Shown: positions 60,116 through 64,000 of the stretch, one piece after another
How the letters are laid out: every line of letters starts with the position of its first letter
How positions within the stretch are numbered: position 1 is the stretch's first letter
Assembly: GCA_964493715.1 (NCBI GenBank)
Contig: CAZBPC010000008.1
Coordinates: 1 to 64,000 of the forward strand
Reading direction: 5' to 3'
Origin: an uncultured archaeon
Lineage (GTDB): Archaea; Asgardarchaeota; Lokiarchaeia; Sigyniarchaeales; SOKP01
Length of the DNA stretch: 64,000 nt
The notes under the pieces: generated by a model
What the model was told of the DNA's origin: nothing
Database searches by the model: none
Seen by the model: the letters and a program-made list of their open reading frames with translations, nothing else
Made by a program: the position numbers and the translations under genes

Positions 60116-61411
60116 ATGCCTGGTAAAAAATTTGAAGTACAAGCAATAAATGATGATATTCTTGAAAAATTTAGCCTTAAGAATCGATATGCCTTCTTGA
60201 ATAATAATCTAACAGCAGTTTTATCTCAGAAAGAATTTAATTTCTTGAGAGAAGTTCAAAGATTTTGTTTACGCTTTGAAAAGAAAAACGAAATCACTCA
60301 TGGACCCAATGAAGATATCTATGATTGGGTTCCTGAATTTGGAGAGAAGGGATATATTACCCGTCAACATTCATTTGATGTATGTGATGTGCACTATGAT
60401 GAATGGGGTCTAGCCGCTGATTTTATGAGAAATATTGCCCTTGACTTATTTGATCCACAATTTGCAATGGGAGGTGGAGCAACGGTATTAGCTATTAATC
60501 CCATTTATGAGCACCATGAAAACGTTCCAGTCAGGTTGGACGCTTTAAATGACTTAGTTACTGGTAAAAGTCCCGGTGCTATCCTCATCACGGAGCCAGA
60601 ACGTGGGTCTGATGCCGTGCACCAACTAACAACTTGCAACGAGCAATCGGATGGAAGTTTCCTCTTAAACGGCCAAAAGATATATAATACTAACGCGCCA
60701 AGAGCCAAGTGGTTAGTGACTTATGCAACTGCGGAACAAAACAACGGTAACACGATGGCACAGTTTCTCGTTAATTCCAATTGGGAAGGTCTTAAGGTGG
60801 AACGTGTAAATATACCATGGGTACCGAAATTATATTTAGGAAAAGAGACATTTACTGATGTTAGTGTACCTAAGGATTATATTCTTGGACCTGTAGGCAA
60901 GGGTCGCGAGCACTTGTTTGAGGGATTGGTACCGGAACGAATATCAATTGCCATAATGGGCGTAAGCCAATGTTGGGGGGCCCTTGCACATACTGTTATA
61001 TATTCTAACCTGAGAAAGCAGTTTGACCAAGAAATTCTCAAGTTCCAAGGGGTTGGATTCTTGCTATCTGATCTCTGGGCAAGAACCACAAATCTCACGC
61101 TGGGATTGCTCAAATTCTGCGAATCTTATGATGAGAAATTCGAAAAGTTCGGTGGAGAGATTCCGAATAACATATCTCAAGCAATGGTGGCTTCCGCAAG
61201 CCAACTAAAATATCATGCCGCAAAAATGTCAAGGAAGGTATGTTATGAATGTGCGAATCTCATGGGAGGTGCTGGCTTGTGTGATAATACCTTAATGCAC
61301 GATTATTTGAATATTTCTCGGATTCAAGAAATTGTAGGTGGAAGTCGCCAGATCCAACAATATATTATGTCACTTTCGCTCAGAACGCTTTTTAAAATGT
61401 CTGTAAACTAA
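60116..61411 (+). CDS. Acyl-CoA dehydrogenase family, paralog 1
   Basis: ITEPERGSDA, LNGQKIYNTN, RKQFD, MGGAG and EIVGGS motifs. Confidence 0.92.
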   Translation: MPGKKFEVQAINDDILEKFSLKNRYAFLNNNLTAVLSQKEFNFLREVQRFCLRFEKKNEITHGPNEDIYDWVPEFGEKGYITRQHSFDVCDVHYDEWGLAADFMRNIALDLFDPQFAMGGGATVLAINPIYEHHENVPVRLDALNDLVTGKSPGAILITEPERGSDAVHQLTTCNEQSDGSFLLNGQKIYNTNAPRAKWLVTYATAEQNNGNTMAQFLVNSNWEGLKVERVNIPWVPKLYLGKETFTDVSVPKDYILGPVGKGREHLFEGLVPERISIAIMGVSQCWGALAHTVIYSNLRKQFDQEILKFQGVGFLLSDLWARTTNLTLGLLKFCESYDEKFEKFGGEIPNNISQAMVASASQLKYHAAKMSRKVCYECANLMGGAGLCDNTLMHDYLNISRIQEIVGGSRQIQQYIMSLSLRTLFKMSVN

Positions 61412-61638
61412 TTCTTGTTAATCTAAATCAAATTTTTTTTTCTTTTTTTAAAAAAACCTTCCTATTTTTTAAAAATTCATAAATCAAGTGATTAAAAGAA
61501 TTATATAAAATTTCATATTTCTTGCATGCAATTGATCCAAATTCATTAATATACTAACAAAATTAAAAAGTAAATGTACCTTTTTCCAAGTATACCAATT
61601 AGTATAAAAACACACTAAATTAATTTAGGAATAAGAAA

Positions 61639-62940
61639 ATGGAAGATAAAAAGACTAAATTTATGGACCAAGCCATTAATGATGAAATTCTCGAGAAATT
61701 AAGCTTGAAGAATCGCTATGCATTCCTAAACACGAACTTGATGACGGTGCTTGAACCTAAACACTTCAATTTCTTAAAAAGTGCTGAGAAATTTTGCATG
61801 AGGTTTGAAAAGAAAAATAACATAACTCACGCTTCAGATGAGGAATTTTATCACTGGATACCAGATTTTGGCAAAGAAGGTTTAATCTCAAGAGCGCATG
61901 CTTATGAAGAAATAGATTTGAACTTCGAGGATCACGGACTCGCTATAGAATTGATGAGATGTTTAGCTCTAAGCTTTTTTGATCCCCAATTTGGAATGGC
62001 TGGAGGTGCTACGATCCTTGCAATCAATCCTGTCTTCTATCATCACGAAAATGTTCCAATACGATTGGAAATCTTGAAGAAATTTGTCACGGGCGTGACG
62101 CCCGGAGCAATCCTCATCACCGAACCGGAGCGAGGTTCAGATGCAGTCCATCAACTAACCACCTTAACAGAAGAATCGGATGGAAGCTATGTTTTACAAG
62201 GTGAAAAAATTTACAATACTAACGCCCCTAAAGCAGGTTACGTGGTTGCATATGCAACAGCAGAAAAAAACAACGGAAACATGATGGCACAAGTTTTAAT
62301 CGACACCACATGGGAGGGATGGAATTGCAATAGAGTCTTCATACCTTGGGTACCAAAAGTACACATAGGTCACGAACACTTGACAAATCTTAGGGTTCCT
62401 AAAGAATACATTTTAGGACCAATAGGTAAAGGTAGAGAACACATGTTTGAAGGATTGGTACCGGAACGAATAGGAATAGCTCTTGATGCTCTTTCTCAAT
62501 CATGGAATGCACTTGCTCATTGTTCGATTTACGTGAATAACAGGAAACAATTCGATCAGGAGATTCTCAAGTTCCAGGGTGTTGGATTTACTTTAACCGA
62601 TATGTGGGCCAGAGTGATGAACGTAACCCAAGGACTTTTAAGATTCTGTGAAAAATATGATGAAACGGAAGAGAAATTCGGGGGAGAAATACCGAAAAAC
62701 ATTTCTCAAGCCATGGTTGCTGCGGCATCCCAATTCAAGTATCATACGACTTCACTTTCAAAAGAAGTGTGTTACGAGTGCGCGAACTTGATGGGTGGAG
62801 CTGGATTGTCTGACAACACTTTAATGCATGATCTATTGAATATTTCTCGTATTCAAGAAATCGTGGGTGGTTCAAGACAAATCCAACTTTATATCCTGAG
62901 TATGGCAATGCGTAGTTTATACAAAATCGCTGGAATCTAA
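61639..62940 (+). CDS. Acyl-CoA dehydrogenase family, paralog 2
   Basis: Same motifs; highly similar to 60116-61411. Confidence 0.92.
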   Translation: MEDKKTKFMDQAINDEILEKLSLKNRYAFLNTNLMTVLEPKHFNFLKSAEKFCMRFEKKNNITHASDEEFYHWIPDFGKEGLISRAHAYEEIDLNFEDHGLAIELMRCLALSFFDPQFGMAGGATILAINPVFYHHENVPIRLEILKKFVTGVTPGAILITEPERGSDAVHQLTTLTEESDGSYVLQGEKIYNTNAPKAGYVVAYATAEKNNGNMMAQVLIDTTWEGWNCNRVFIPWVPKVHIGHEHLTNLRVPKEYILGPIGKGREHMFEGLVPERIGIALDALSQSWNALAHCSIYVNNRKQFDQEILKFQGVGFTLTDMWARVMNVTQGLLRFCEKYDETEEKFGGEIPKNISQAMVAAASQFKYHTTSLSKEVCYECANLMGGAGLSDNTLMHDLLNISRIQEIVGGSRQIQLYILSMAMRSLYKIAGI

Positions 62941-63016
62941 GGTTAATTCAATATCCTTTATTTTTTTATTTTTTTTTAAATTTCGGTCTAAATCTTGATT
63001 AATTTTCAAAAAGAGG

Positions 63017-63142
63017 ATGAACAAATCAAATGGTTCTAATAAAGAACACTATGACCCTAAATGGTTGAAATCCCACATCTTAAAATTCTATTTCATAATA
63101 TTACTTAAAATTGTATCCTTTGTCATATTTTTTATTACTTAA
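63017..63142 (+). CDS. Possible small tail-anchored protein or gene remnant (41 aa)
   Basis: MNKSNGSNKEHYDPKWLKSHILKFYFIILLKIVSFVIFFIT*; below the ORF-track cutoff. Confidence 0.25.
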   Translation: MNKSNGSNKEHYDPKWLKSHILKFYFIILLKIVSFVIFFIT

Positions 63143-63281
63143 TCCTTTTCTCAGTTTAGGAGAATTAGATTATTAATATTAAGGAACAATAAAATTTGAG
63201 TAAATTATATGATATACTCAATATTATAATCAGAACATATGAATTTAAAATAAAAAAAAGAAAGGGTTAAGTGCATTGAGC

Positions 63282-64000
63282 TTAAATTCCACTCATCTTG
63301 TAAAGTTGTCTCATTGCCATTGAAAGAATATAAGTTTGAATCTGTCTCGAGCCTCCGACTATTTCAGCGATTCTAGACATGTTTAAGAGGTCTTGCATCA
63401 ATGTATTATCGCACAAGCCCGCACCTCCCATGAGGTTCGCACATTCATAGCCAATTTCAGCCGCGAGTTTAGCTGCGTGATATTTGAATTGGCTTGCGGA
63501 GGCCACCATGGCTTGAGATATGTTTTGAGGAAGTGTTCCTCCGAATTTTTCAACTTTATCATCATAGCTCTTGCAAAACATTAGTAATCCAAGCGTGACA
63601 TTGGTTAATCTTGCCCAAAGATCAGTCAAGAGAAAGCCTACCCCTTGGAACTTTAGGATTTCTTGATCGAATTGTTTCCTGTTATTCACGTATATCGAAG
63701 TATGTGAAACGGCGTTCCAACTTGAAGATATGCAATCGATTGCTATTCCTATTCGTTCCGGTACCAATCCTTCAAACAAGTGCTCACGACCTTTTCCCAC
63801 TCCTCCAAGAACGTAATCTTTTGGAACTTTAAGATTATCAAATCTCTCCTTACCTAACCAAACTTTCGGAACATAAGGAATGAAGACTCTATCACAATGC
63901 CATCCCTCCCATGTGGTGTCTATTAGAAACTGAGCCATCGTATTACCGTTATTTTGTTCAGCGGTAGCATAGGCAACCACGTATCCTGCTTTAGGAGCGT
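63282..64000 (-). CDS. Acyl-CoA dehydrogenase family, paralog 3 (5'-truncated by the window edge)
   Basis: Same C-terminal motifs; frame is open to the window end. Confidence 0.9.
   Translation of the reverse strand, partial: APKAGYVVAYATAEQNNGNTMAQFLIDTTWEGWHCDRVFIPYVPKVWLGKERFDNLKVPKDYVLGGVGKGREHLFEGLVPERIGIAIDCISSSWNAVSHTSIYVNNRKQFDQEILKFQGVGFLLTDLWARLTNVTLGLLMFCKSYDDKVEKFGGTLPQNISQAMVASASQFKYHAAKLAAEIGYECANLMGGAGLCDNTLMQDLLNMSRIAEIVGGSRQIQTYILSMAMRQLYKMSGI

Noticed and set aside
1-64000. Many short antisense or overlapping ORFs in the track (e.g. 21422-21910, 39749-40201, 56067-56438)
   Set aside because: They are shadows of well-supported genes on the other strand or frame and have no motifs.
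1-64000. CRISPR arrays, IS elements, provirus, rRNA
   Set aside because: No regularly spaced repeats, transposase, integrase, capsid genes or rRNA-like sequence were seen by eye.

Overview
AT-rich archaeal chromosomal window, most likely Lokiarchaeia (Asgard archaea). This is inferred from a Loki-CTERM-like protein tail, Wood-Ljungdahl genes (metF x2, metV, cdhD), expanded acyl-CoA dehydrogenases, TATA-type promoters and T-rich terminators. It carries about 55 CDS (ABC exporters, feoAB, hsp20-cdc48-ArsR cluster, dapA/dapB/dapF/lysA, AOR, a DUF1998 helicase, an orphan DNA methyltransferase) and one intron-less tRNA-Pro(UGG). No CRISPR array, transposase or integrase was seen. The main observation is that cdhD/acsD (44775-45961) is interrupted by a 32-nt insert that folds into a bulge-helix-bulge (BHB) motif. 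Cutting at the canonical tRNA-endonuclease positions restores both the frame and the conserved DPTxxxLGYG motif, so this is a candidate tRNA-type intron in a protein-coding gene. Also notable: a ~9 kb cluster (CydA-like oxidase, prenyltransferase, flavin monooxygenase, methyltransferase, USP) bounded by a decayed copy of a promoter and gene start; a cassette bounded by a 45-bp duplication of the cdhD 3' end; and an ABC ATPase with an in-frame TGA. All functional calls come from motif recognition, not database searches.
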